Source: Paraspadella gotoi
Lineage: Eukaryota > Animalia > Chaetognatha
Direction: 5' to 3'
DNA: 64,000 bases
NCBI GenBank assembly: GCA_051294375.1
Contig: CM119268.1
Location: forward strand, 8,551,008 to 8,615,007
The position numbers and the translations under genes are program-made. The stretch's first letter is position 1. Each line of letters opens with the position of its first letter. Shown here one piece after another: positions 36,802 through 48,600 of the stretch. A model generated the notes under the pieces. That model was not told the DNA's origin. It did not search any database and worked only from the letters and a program-made list of their open reading frames with translations.

Positions 36802-38341
36802 GGTTCCGCGTACAAACGTTGCATTAAGGAAAAAAAGACTCTTTCCACTATTGTTCAGTTGTTACTTACAATGTTGTTAACTTTGTACCACAACACAATT
36901 AGGCGAACGAAGGATTGGTTTAAAACATCTCCACCCATTTTTAATGATTAAAAATAGTACCATTTTGGCAACTTTTAGCCAAAAAAATATGTTCATTTTT
37001 GTCCATTTTTTACTTACGATTCTGATTTGAATGCCAAGGAAAGTTGAGAAAAATTTTTTACTTTGGAAATCCGTTCTTTCTATCTTCTTTACCTCTGGGT
37101 AAATTTATTTAGCTTATTATTTATAGTTGCCTATGAATTAATTTTAAAAGTAACAAGTCAAAAAGTTGGAGTATTCGATCTTTATCATAATTTGTTAAAC
37201 AAAAATAAAATCAATTAGAATTAATAGAAACGATAGCCTATTGAATAAGCTTTTAACACCTATTAAAATTATCAAAAAAAACTTTTCTGGTTTAGCCACA
37301 AATAATTTTTTAAGAAGACTCTTTTAATTGTGACTTTTGTGACTTGCATTTATTTTGTATAAAGATAATATTTTCAACTCATTATTAGTTTTAAAAGATG
37401 AGGACATACTGACTTAGATTAATCAAAAAAAACCGCTTCCTTTTAATCCACTGGAAAGCATCAGGACTTGTTTTTTCTCAAAATTCGACAGCATTTTGCG
37501 GAAAATTTTTCCGCAAAATCTGTCGATTTACTAAATTTGCTAGGCAACAAAAATTGAAAGAAAATCACGCGCTTACCGTTATTTTCTTTCTTATAATGAA
37601 TTTTAATATTTCTTTGATTTGCTCAATGTAAAACGTTGTGAGAGGGAAGACGAAATGGAAAACAAGAAAAAGAGAAGAGGAGAAAATGAAAGACAGGGCG
37701 AAAAGCAAAAAAAAGAAGGCAAATGGGAGAAAAAATAGTGAGACAAATAAAAGGTAGGAAATGAGGGGAAAATTGGAAAGAAAAAGAGGGAAAAGAAAGG
37801 AAAGAGAGAAGGAGAGAAAAAATGTGAGGAAAGTGCATGAGTGGCAGAAAAAAGGTAGGGGCCAAAAAAATGGTAAGTGACAGAGTAGAAGTAAGGAGGA
37901 AGAGGAAGAAGAAAATATAAAGAAAGAGAAGAAAAGAAGTGAAGAAAAAGAATCCGGGAAAGCGTATTAAGAAAAAAAAATTTGATCAGATAATGTTGCG
38001 TCTAACCTAAAAACTTTTATGTAATAAAAGACGTTAAGATTCTTATGAGGAATTCGATTCTTAAAAATGATCTATACATAAAAATTCGAACATACTTATA
38101 TCTAAAAATACCGCAGTTAATGGGATTAGATAAACAATCATTGAAGAAATCATGTCTTACCGTATTTTTAACTCATAGAAATTTACCCTGGGAAGTTCTA
38201 AGTGATAAGAAGGAGATAACTTGAGACTACCTTTTTTTAAACAGAAGTAAGGGCTTCATACTAACTCAATGAGATCAAGAAAGATGGATATTATGCAGTT
38301 CAGATTTCGTTGTCTAAAAGACATCGATCGTACGTGGAGCC
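36802..38341. mobile_element. 1540-bp non-autonomous DNA transposon with imperfect TIRs and 4-bp TSD (TCCA)
   Basis: Ends GGTTCCGCGTAC... and ...GTACGTGGAGCC (15/20 TIR match), TCCA at 36798-36801 and 38342-38345. The second copy shows the empty site GTGA-TCCA-ACATTC at 44696-44709. No transposase ORF. Confidence 0.85.
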
Positions 38342-39112
38342 TCCAACATTCGTTGTGTCGATGCAGAATCTGCGCTGGAGAATCGTATTCCGCGACTTCG
38401 TACCATCTGACAAACGAGTAAAACGTCGGTTAACCGTTAAAAATCGACTTTTTTAACCGTTAACGGTTAAAATAGATTAATTTAGTACTTAAGTAATTTG
38501 ATAATATAAATGCATAAAAGAAGGAAAAACAATTTAAACCTCGTGTTCAAATCTGATTTCAGAGAGAGAAATAGAGGCGAAACGCCTGTTCGAAAAGCAG
38601 ACTGTTGCAAACTTTTTAGTATTTTTCCATTTTTTTTCAGATTTACAACGATCGATCATAGAACAAAGACAAACGGTATAACCCCCCAAAATAAAAATAA
38701 ATTTCGTCCCAACACAATGGGTTGACTACTACTAGTACTACGGACAACAATTTCAGTACCCAAATTCAATAACAGAAGAAACAAAAAATCTTAATTTTTA
38801 AAAAAATTTAATCATACCCAGTGGACGCAACCTGTCATAAACTCACGAATAAACTCACGAATCGCTCTCTTTAGTTCTATACACTCGTTCCACGAATGAT
38901 CGATCGAATGGGTGACATTTTTTAAACAGGAGCAGCTCGTGATCGTCGGAGAATCATGTACAAAAATGGTTGTTAAAATAATTAACAATTTTCCTATCTT
39001 CAAACTAATCAGTGCCCTTTTGTTTTTCGTTTGTGCGATACCTTTTTATTTTAAACTTAATGAATTAATAAATCAAAAATAAATCTTTTAATTAATCAAT
39101 AAATACATGCAT

Positions 39113-39373
39113 NNNNNNNNNNNNNNNNNNNNNNNNNNNNNNNNNNNNNNNNNNNNNNNNNNNNNNNNNNNNNNNNNNNNNNNNNNNNNNNNNNNNNNNN
39201 NNNNNNNNNNNNNNNNNNNNNNNNNNNNNNNNNNNNNNNNNNNNNNNNNNNNNNNNNNNNNNNNNNNNNNNNNNNNNNNNNNNNNNNNNNNNNNNNNNNN
39301 NNNNNNNNNNNNNNNNNNNNNNNNNNNNNNNNNNNNNNNNNNNNNNNNNNNNNNNNNNNNNNNNNNNNNNNNN
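39113..39373. other. Assembly gap (largest of six; others 17677-17686, 40218-40227, 46369-46393, 53608-53617, 57024-57048)
   Basis: N runs seen directly. Confidence 1.
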
Positions 39374-39569
39374 TAACAAATTACATCTGAAAATTACTAC
39401 TACGACAACCGTCATAATTTATCTTGTTCATTGAATGAGTGAACGATTTTTTTTTTCATTTTTAGAATAAATTTCAAATGTAAAAACGTGAAAAATATCC
39501 CGAGCAGGTTGATCACGCATTAGTTTTATTTAAATTACGTAACTAATTTAAAATTTCGCAAATAGTCAT

Positions 39570-39830
39570 GAAGAAGGAGCTCCTGGGATCGTCGTCCTCG
39601 AACGACCCTTTCTTGTTAATAACCGCGACTTTTTCGCCGGCCATCCAGACTCCGTCTTTCGTATGGCCGTCCGGCTGACCAAGTTCCCACGATATTTCCT
39701 CGGTTTCGGGAGACCCGCGCCAGTGCCAACAGCATGGGTAGTCATCCCACTGAACGGCGCCCGTCCAGAATTTGGGGTCGTCCTCGTAGCCGACGCGAGA
39801 GAGATAGTCGCCGGCTTCTTTGAGGAGACT
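39570..39830 (-). other. Duplicate of the last C-type lectin exon of the XK-lectin gene
   Basis: Reads SLLKEAGDYLSRVGYEDDPKFWTGAVQWDDYPCCWHWRG...WELGQPDG...FMTICE; near-identical to 45650-45920. Confidence 0.8.
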
Positions 39831-39916
39831 CTGACGAATAATGATTTTAAAAGTTACAAAATTTTTTTATAAATCTCTTTGGCCGGCTGTCCGTAAAAAA
39901 ACATAATCTAATACTT

Positions 39917-40177
39917 AAGGGAGTGGTCTTTTCATACAATTGAAACATTCTTTGAAATATTTTCCACTTCATTGATAGGGAAGCCAGGTACTCTGGGAGT
40001 GAATAAACGGTACTGTGAGAGAGTCTTGATTGAAAGCTTGCAGGGACCTGCTATGTAATTATCTTGTAAGAGTGATGGAGGCCTTAAACCACCAAAGCCT
40101 GTCCAAAGTCAGGGGCAAGATAGCTTATTTATTAAATGAATGGATAATTTTTATATTGGTTGTACCAATTTCATAAG
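39917..40177. mobile_element. Repeat family B, copy 2; present in one duplicate copy and absent at the homologous site ~46018-46045
   Basis: Flanks GCTGTCCGTA... and ...GTTTTTCAGTTCTTCTTGAG are nearly adjacent in the other copy. Confidence 0.8.
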
Positions 40178-40444
40178 TTTTTCAGTTCTTCTTGAGATGT
40201 AAAAAAAAATTGTAGAANNNNNNNNNNACTCTGACGAATAATGTCTTATTATTAATTAATTATTAATTATTAATGATTTTAAAAGTTACAAATTTTTTTA
40301 TAAATCTCTTTGGCCGGCTGTCCGTATAAAAAAGTGGTAAGTCGCCTCAGTTTTTCAGTTCTTCTTGAGATGTAAAAAAAATTGTAGAAGGCAGCATGCA
40401 GACATACTCCTCAAAAGAGCAGGAGATGGCACTCAGAATCATCG

Positions 40445-40628
40445 AAAGGGTCCTCCACAATGGAAGGATCTTGGAGGTGCGCCAGGTCAAGGAAAGAATT
40501 GGCCTCTAAACACCAACGCGGAAAATGCCTGGTGATTGGTAAATATCGCTGTTTTGTGGTGAGTGGAGTCTTTATCTTTCTTTCTTCTCTTTCTTCTTTC
40601 TTTCTTTTGCTTATCTTTCTTATCTTTT

Positions 40629-40661
<33 letters not shown>

Positions 40662-43600
40662 GTCTTTTCTTTCTTTTCCTCTCTCTCGTCTCTATCCTCT
40701 CTTAGTCTCTGGCCGGTTGTGACTTCTTCTCTTCTCTGCTTCTCTCTCACTCACTCTCTCTCTCCTCTCTCTCTCTCTCTCTGTGTGTCTCCTGCGCGCC
40801 TCCCTCCCTTCGTATTTCTCTCTATTCTCATGCCTGCTGCGATGGACGCAGCGAAGGCATGAATGACCAGTGTTGGCTTCCCTGCTATCGACCTCGAATG
40901 TCCGGGCAGACGATAGTAGTCGTGCAGAAAGCGAAAGACTGAGGGATGAAGTAAGTGACGGCCATGATGGGAACACGGCTCTGCGTACCTGATGCGATGG
41001 ATACGCGACTTGAAGTTGAAATAATACGACGAAAATTACAATAGTATATAAATAGTAAATAAATTATGCGTTAAGTATTTACTTTTTTAATTCTTTTAAC
41101 ATCACTGGTACACTTTATCCGTCGCTTCACTTTTGGCATTTGACATTTCTATTTAGTATCTCTCCTCTCTTCTCTCTCTTTCTTCGTATACCTCTTATCG
41201 GCTCTCTCTCTCTTAGCAACAAACCACTAATTAGAAGTTGGGTCAACGAATTCTGAAGCACAGACGCAACAGTTCTTATCAACAAGTCCTTCACTCCGAT
41301 CCTCCAAAGACGCAACCAATGGTATCGACCGGGCGCTTGTGGCGGCAGAGATGGCGACGGTAGGGCGAATTGGACGTCAACCGTCGCAGGCGCACGTGGT
41401 CAGACCGTTGCCCGCCGTTACCCCGACGCCCAGACGAAGACGGAGCCACGCCCAGACCGCGTCCGTGATTGACGCGCGTGAAGGAGGCGCTGGAATAGGA
41501 ACGCGGAAAAATGGTCGGTCAGTCGGGCGAAAGCTGGTTGTCGTTTTATATTTTTTTGTTTTTATATTTGTTAAAATTAATAATCAAAATCATTTTAAAT
41601 TCAGTAGTTCACACTGTACTCACTACAGTAAGTAACAGTAAACGACACATAATCATCATCAATCATATCGTCATCATCATCATCATCATCATCTATCAAT
41701 CCTCAATTCTCCGCGACTTCGTCAATCGTCACCCTTCCGCCAAAGGTCACGCGGTCCTTCGACGTCGTCGCCGTAATTCTCCGGGTCCCCCAAGCGAGAA
41801 GTAAATGTCACGTAATCTCGTTTGAAAGAGAGAGAGGCCGCCTCGAGGGCGTCCGTTACGTTTGCGTCCAGCATTCTTGGGGAAGAAATGGGCTTAAAAA
41901 GATACAATAAGTTTGTAATTGTGAATCGATAATGATTATGAATAAACTGAAGAAGTTCCCAACTAAGAATCAACCCTCCTGCTACGTGGCAACCGGACAC
42001 GAGCTTTGGGTCCTCGAACCTTTGGACTGAACTGGCGAATGTGTAATATCGATGCATGTACATATACAATGTATATAGATACTAATTTCTTTTCTCTGTC
42101 CTGCTTTTTGATAAACTTGAATAATGCACAACGTCAAAAATTCCCTTTCTTAAATCCGAAACATTTAAAAAAAAAAAATATCGAAAATGGTACTTTCATA
42201 ATTTAATACAACAACTACAATATATTACAAAATGCACGGAACTTGTTTTCCCTCCCCCGAATTTCGTTCCTTCTCAGACCCGCCTCGCCCCTCCCTCTCT
42301 CCCCCTCCATTTCTAACGCCTAGATTAATCCTCCATCGACGATTCCCACCTGATCCGCCCGATGCCGACGCGCGTGAGCGACGCCCACAGCGCAGAAGCT
42401 GTTGTTCTGCGCTGCTGCGGACGAATTCCGGCGCTGCGGGTGCCGTGTCTGCCGACGAAGAAAATATTCGATAAGATGAATTATGAAGAAATTACAAAAA
42501 ATACAAATATTAATAGTATTATAGCTAATTAATAAAATAAATGATAACAATAAAATGATAAGAAAGTTTTGATTAACGAGGTTTAAATCGATTTAATCTT
42601 ACATATTTAGTACTGTCATCGCGCGCGTACGATCTCTCTTTACATTACATTTCCAGTCACTTCAAAAATATTTGACGACTGCCGACCGACAGACCGGTTG
42701 TCGTCCATGAGGTTGTATCTTGGATACGGATCTGTCGTCGTTATCGATGAAATCCCAAGATGCGTCGGCGTCAAAGTTGTGGATCAGCTCGGGGTGGTCG
42801 GATTCGAGCCCGTCGTCGACGACTGCCACCACCACGTTGGCGCCGGTGTAGCCTGTCATAGGTGGGAGAGTGAATGGAAAATGTTCCCTTTGTTTTCTCG
42901 ATTCATGACGTAGAACAGCGTGGTCAACCCACCCTCTTCTCCACACCCTCTCCACATTCATGGTGACATTTTCGATGTCGTCGTTGAGAAACCACATGCG
43001 CCTCCACTGGGGTCGTTGTACGTCGCGCCATCTCCCGCTCCGCGTTTGTGCCTGTTTGGAGAGACAAGAAAACTACGGTAAGTTTCTCGAAAGAATATTA
43101 ATAATTTTAAGAAAAGAAAGAAAATAAAACGTGTATGTATGATCAATTCGAATAAAATGAATCAAGTCAATCAATAGGTCAATCCTCAATCAAATAAATT
43201 TAAATCAAATCAATAATCAGATCATTGAAAATAGTCAAAATCTCTGAACAGAACCTGAGTGGGGAATCTGCGGTAAGACTTTTTCGACGCGCATTTAGGA
43301 GACGACGACGACGACGACAATTCAATCCTTCACTTCTCCATCGAAATTGGTCGGAACGTTAGGCCTCACGCTCGGTTCTCTGATTTCTTTTGTTGTCGCA
43401 TTTTTTTCGAAATCTAAAGAATCCTTCGCCAAGGGCGACCCTGGCGGCGAGGCCGTGAAACTGGGGAAAATTCATCTACGGCAGCTGGCTTCGCAAGAAG
43501 GCTAAATCGTAGGGATCGAGGGGAAGCGTTTGATGGAATGGATAACTGTCTAATTGAACGTTATACTACTAAATATTAGTGTTAGGCAAGTCGAAAACGG

Positions 43601-43780
43601 TTTGTGTCAAAGGAAGGAAGGAACATAAAATAAGTTCATTGTTTCATAGGCCTAATATTAAGCAGAAAGACACCATACCTTAAATTTGATGACCACTTCC
43701 GGAAATGAGATTTCCGAGATCGCTAACCAATCCCAAAAATTGAAAGCGACCAAAAAATCGAAAAAATTCATTCGATCCAT
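40445..43780 (-). pseudogene. Second, 3'-truncated and indel-rich copy of the convertase (signal peptide to TWRDLQH exon); probably an assembly artefact, not a true pseudogene
   Basis: Same exons as 32640-35890 with frequent single-base indels in both exons and introns; no P-domain exons. Confidence 0.6.
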
Positions 43781-45600
43781 TTTGAGAAGTGAATCATATT
43801 ACGGTAAAAGTTTAAAATAACTTTTAGTGTAGTTTTTTTTAAACATTTATTGAGTTAACTCGTAGGGAATCATATGAACTTTTTCTTGAGTACAACGTAG
43901 CATTTACGAGAGGAAAAGGGCGGAAAAATTTTGAGAAAGGGAGTTGAAAAAAAAAGTGTGATCTTTTTAAGATTTTACGTTCAAGAAATGACCTATTTTA
44001 GGATCTCTAGAGAATAAATATTTATACAAAGTCCGTCACTTCATCCGACATCTTTAGCTGAAATCGCAAAGAATATGCTTTTTTTTTCTTTTTATACTAT
44101 TATTTGATACACAGAAAAGCAGTGAAATTCAATCTAATTATAACATTGTAACCAGCTCTAAAGATTCCATTAAACTAAGGTTACCTCTTTTTTATCTAAG
44201 TATTCATATAACGACAAGGCTACAATAGAGATCTTTATTTTTTCATTATTTAGGGTGAAAGTTAAACGGTTGCTGAAAATCAAAGCTTCGACTCCTGTGA
44301 CATTATTATGTTTAACCAACATAGAAAGAATTTTATTTCGATGATCTACTGTTCGAAAATTTAGTTCTCAAAGAATAGTCGCATTCTTTTGATTGAAATA
44401 TTTTAATCAATAACTTTAACCTTGTTTTTGTCTATTAGTGGTAGTTTCATGCAATCTTTAACTTGGTTTTGTCTTTAGTCTGCTTTTTTTGATGCTCATG
44501 TATGTACTGATCAACCTTGTTGAATTCGAAATAAAACGCATATATAACGATACAAAATACAATTACAGATAACTGAAATAAATCCTGTCCGTTTTCATTT
44601 TTCCATGTTAACATTTATCCGTTTCCAATGCACGTTTTTTTCCCCCCCCATAATTCTTGCTCAAATTCACACTCTCGCATGACTACTTTCTCTTTGTGAT
44701 CCAACATTCGTTGTGTCGATGCAGAAATCTGAGCTGGAGAATCGTATTCCGCGACTTCGTACCATCTGACAAACGAGTAAAACGTCGGTTAACACGTTAA
44801 AAATCGACTTTTTTAACCGTTAACGGTTAAAATAGATTAATTTAGTAGCTTGTAGTAATTTGATGATAATGCATAAATGATAAAAGAAAGAAAAACAATT
44901 TAAACCTCGTGTTCAAATCTTATTTCAGAGAGAGAAATAAAGGCGAAACGCTGTCGAAAAGCAGACTGTTGCAAACTTTTTAGTATTTTTCCTTTGTTTT
45001 CAGATTACAACGATCGAACAAAGACAAACGGTAAAACCCGCCCAAAATAAAAAATAAATTTCGTCCCAACTCAATGGGTTGACTACTACTAGTACTACGG
45101 ACAAAATTTCAGTACCCAAATTCAATAACAGAAGAAACAAAAAATCTTAAATTGTTTAAAAAAATTTAAGCATACCCACTTTACCCAGTGGACGCAACCC
45201 GTCATAAAGTCACGCAGCTCCAATCGCTCTCTTTAGTTCTTTAGTTAAGGTTTTCTATACACTCGTCCCACGAATGATCGATCGAATACGACATTTTTAA
45301 ACGAGCAGCTCTTCGGAGGATCATATACAAAAATGGCCATAGTTGTTAAAATACTTGACAATTTTTCCTATCTATTCAAACTAATCAGTGCCCTTTTGTT
45401 TTTCGTTTGTTGCGATAACCTTTTCCTTTTAAACTTAATGAATTAATAAATCAAAAATAAATCATTTAAATTTTAATTAAATTTTAATTAATCAATAAAT
45501 ACATGCATTTGTACATTTTTCTGACAGCATATTATCGAAATATTTGATATGAATTTCCGTTTTCGTTATCACCACCAATGTTCTTCTATAATTATTATTC

Positions 45601-48600
45601 TCATGATCCAACGCCAAGTTCTTCGTCGTCGTCGTCGTAATTTAAAATTTCGCAATAGTCATGAAGAAGGAGCTCCTGGATCGTCGTCCTCGAACGACCC
45701 TCTCTTGTTAATAACCGCGACTTTTTCGCCGGCCATCCAGACTCCGTCTTTCGTATGGCCGTCCGGCTGACCAAGTTCCCACGATATTTCCTCGGTTTCG
45801 GGAGACCCGCGCCAGTGCCAACAGCATGGGTAGTCATCCCACTGCACGGCGCCCGTCCAGAATTGGGGTCGTCCTCGTAGCCGACGCGAGAGAGATAGTC
45901 GCCGGCTTCTTTGAGGAGACTCTGACGAATAATGTCTTATTATTAATTAATTATTAATTATTAATGATTTTAAAAGTTACAATTTTTTTTATAAATCTCT
46001 TTGGCCGGCTGTCCGTATAAAAAAGTGGTAAGTCGCCTCAGTTTTTCAGTTCTTCTTGAGATGTAAAAAAAATTGTAGAAGGCAGCATGCAGACATACTC
46101 CTCAAAGACTGTTTTCTTTTACGTTTCCTCGTGTCATTCGCAACATTTGCAGCTATTTGCTTCAGCTAATTTTAAATATAATTATTTACTATAATAACGC
46201 GGAGTTTTTCATCACTGTCGAAGACCGCCACGCGACTTTTTGCTCCTGCTGACCTCAACTCGCAGAACTTTTCGGCAACGTAATAAGACCTTTCGACCTG
46301 CAAAAATGCGAATCAACATTTTAGAAACCAGTTTAAACCAGTTTAAACCAGTTTAAATCACTGGTTCANNNNNNNNNNNNNNNNNNNNNNNNNCAACTTT
46401 TCGTCCTTGGTAAAATAATGACAACATCTCACCGAAATGAAGGCTGAAGCTCGAACCTTCCACGTCGACGTTAAAATTTCTCTCCAACGTCGGACGTTCA
46501 CAAACAAAAGGGAATTCTCGGCTTCGGGCCTCGTCTTCGATGAGGCCCGATTCCACGTCGAGCACCGCGGCGGCGTCGTCGATAATTCGCCTCGGGAACG
46601 TGACGTCAAAATTTGCCTTCTTTGACGAGGCGGAGAGTGGAGCGGAGTGGAGAAGTAAGTCGTCGGGTTCGCCGGGAGACCAGGGGCTGATAGTATCGCT
46701 GGGTCCGAACTGAACCCACTTGTTCCACGGTTTTTTCAACCTTCGCAACCCCGTCCAAATTCTGCGAGCTTTCGATCCAGATTTCAACACGGTCTCTTTC
46801 AACGCTTTCGATGCGGGTTCCGTGGCCGTGCTCGCCAGTTGCGCTCCTTCTCTCGCGCAAGCGTCCAACGCTTGGTACCAAATGAGAGCTTCCGAGTGGA
46901 AGACGCGCGTTAACGTGTCCTCCAGCGACGTTGCTCTTCTGAACTCCACAAAGAGACTCCAGTTGGTTTCAAAGCAGTTGTTGAGTTCATGACATTGGGT
47001 CCCGTTCAAATACTCGGTGCAGTAGCCGAAGCACCGTGCCTTGTCCTCGCACGTCGGCAATCGGCGGATACCGAAGAAGAGCCGATGGCCGAGAAGGCGG
47101 GAATTGTTGTGAGATGCAGCGGATAAGGCGAGTTCTTCGACGCCCTTTCCTCCCGAGCAGGTAGGTTCCCAGGGTCCGTAGGGGGTAGGGGCGGAAAGAG
47201 CGAAGCCGGTGCTGCATCCTGAGCTTAGGACGAGAGAAGGATTCATCGATGACGAAGACGATGATGAGGACAAAGATTCGTTAGACAATTTGCAAAAAAA
47301 TGTAAACTCTGCATTTAGAAAATTGAAGGCTTGCATTGCGCCGTCACTAGAAAGGAGTAGGGCCTTGGATATTCCATCGATGACGTCTTCTCCGGCTGCT
47401 TGCTTGATTGCATCAAACTCTGAAAGAGGAAATGAACCAAGGACCTACAAAGTTTTTTGAATCTCTGTAATAATGTCCGTTTATCTATGATCTGTTATAG
47501 AGTCTGCCGAGATTTTCTGTGTTCAGTAATCACGACTTGACCAAACTTCCGTGCCGTTACCTTATTACCTGTTTCGTCTTCATCTCCGGCCACAACGCCT
47601 CCGCACTTTAATCCCTCGCAACAGACGCCCAGCCACGCCCACTGCTCCTTCACGTCTGTCAACGTCGCCGCCATTGCATCCCTCTCTGCCTTGGCCGACC
47701 CAGTAGCAAGAACTCCTCCATTGGCCAGGCAAAATTGATGCGCCTCCAACCAAGTGAGCGCGTCGCCGTGATAGTAATAGGAAACGTTTTCATAAACTCC
47801 GGCAACGGAACTAACGTAAAGCGTGTTGGCATTCTCGTAACATTCGTCGGACAGAGCAACGCCCAGTCCATATTGCCAGCAGTCGTTGATTCGATTTTCT
47901 TCGCCGTCGCAAACGGGCTGCAACAGGGAATTGGCTTCTAAGAATCTAGCGTTTCCAACTAGCAAAGCGTCCGTTTGCCGCTTTAACAGCTTCTTGGAGA
48001 CAATTCGACCCAACCAGGTGATTTGAGACACGTTTCTATTAAAGACGCAAATGGACCCGCGTGGACTGTGGTCAGTTTTAGCTACGAGGGGAAAACCACG
48101 GTCCGTATAGCAGTCCGAATGGAATTCCAGGTAGTAGTCTGGCTCAGGGTTCTCCACTGGTACGATAATGAAGGGGATGAGAATGATTAGGATGATGGGG
48201 ACGACAAAGAGAAGCCAGAGCGCGGAGGCAGGAGTCGGTTCGGTATTGATAGGATGATTTACACATTTGATACAAGAATCTATTTTTGCATCTTCATCCT
48301 TCTCAGACGTTCCGTCTGATGTTGTTCCATCTCCTTCTTTCTCCTCAGCTTCACTTTCATTTGCAGCATTTCTTCTGTCTACGCATTCAACCCTCAAATC
48401 ATAAGGCCTCTTTTCCCACAGGCTCGTCAAGAGTTTAAAGAGGCGACACTCGAACTCCTCCTTAAAGAGCAAGAAGCCGACGACGGCGTTGAAGACGGCG
48501 ACCAGGATCGTAGTCACGAATGTCCACAAGCTGTTGTTGTTGTTGAGGGACTTGAAGAATTCGACCGGAAGCTTGGCCCCGCGAATGTTGACGTCGGCAA

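Larger units (their letters stand above)
32640..46105. repeat. Apparent direct tandem duplication: ~32640-40425 versus ~40430-46105
   Basis: Collinear throughout (convertase exons, upstream region, last lectin exon). Copies differ by dense 1-bp indels and two insertion polymorphisms. The segment ACTCTGACGAATAAT...GCTGTCCGTA occurs three times (~39828, 40228, 45918) around N-gaps. Confidence 0.9.

Noticed and set aside
38812-39003. ORF with a hydrophobic start, considered as the convertase signal-peptide exon
   Set aside because: No ATG, poorly conserved in the duplicate copy, and the real signal exon is at 35789-35890.
39092-39415. ORFs made of X residues
   Set aside because: Artefacts of the N-gap.
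44608-44765. Possible terminal coding exon of the XK-lectin gene (WYEVAEYDSP...)
   Set aside because: The two copies give different frames and stops because of indels; coding status cannot be supported.
46277-46430. Apparent non-canonical splice junction (one extra G) between lectin exons
   Set aside because: The intron contains an N-gap and lies beside noisy sequence; a hidden exon or base error is more likely.
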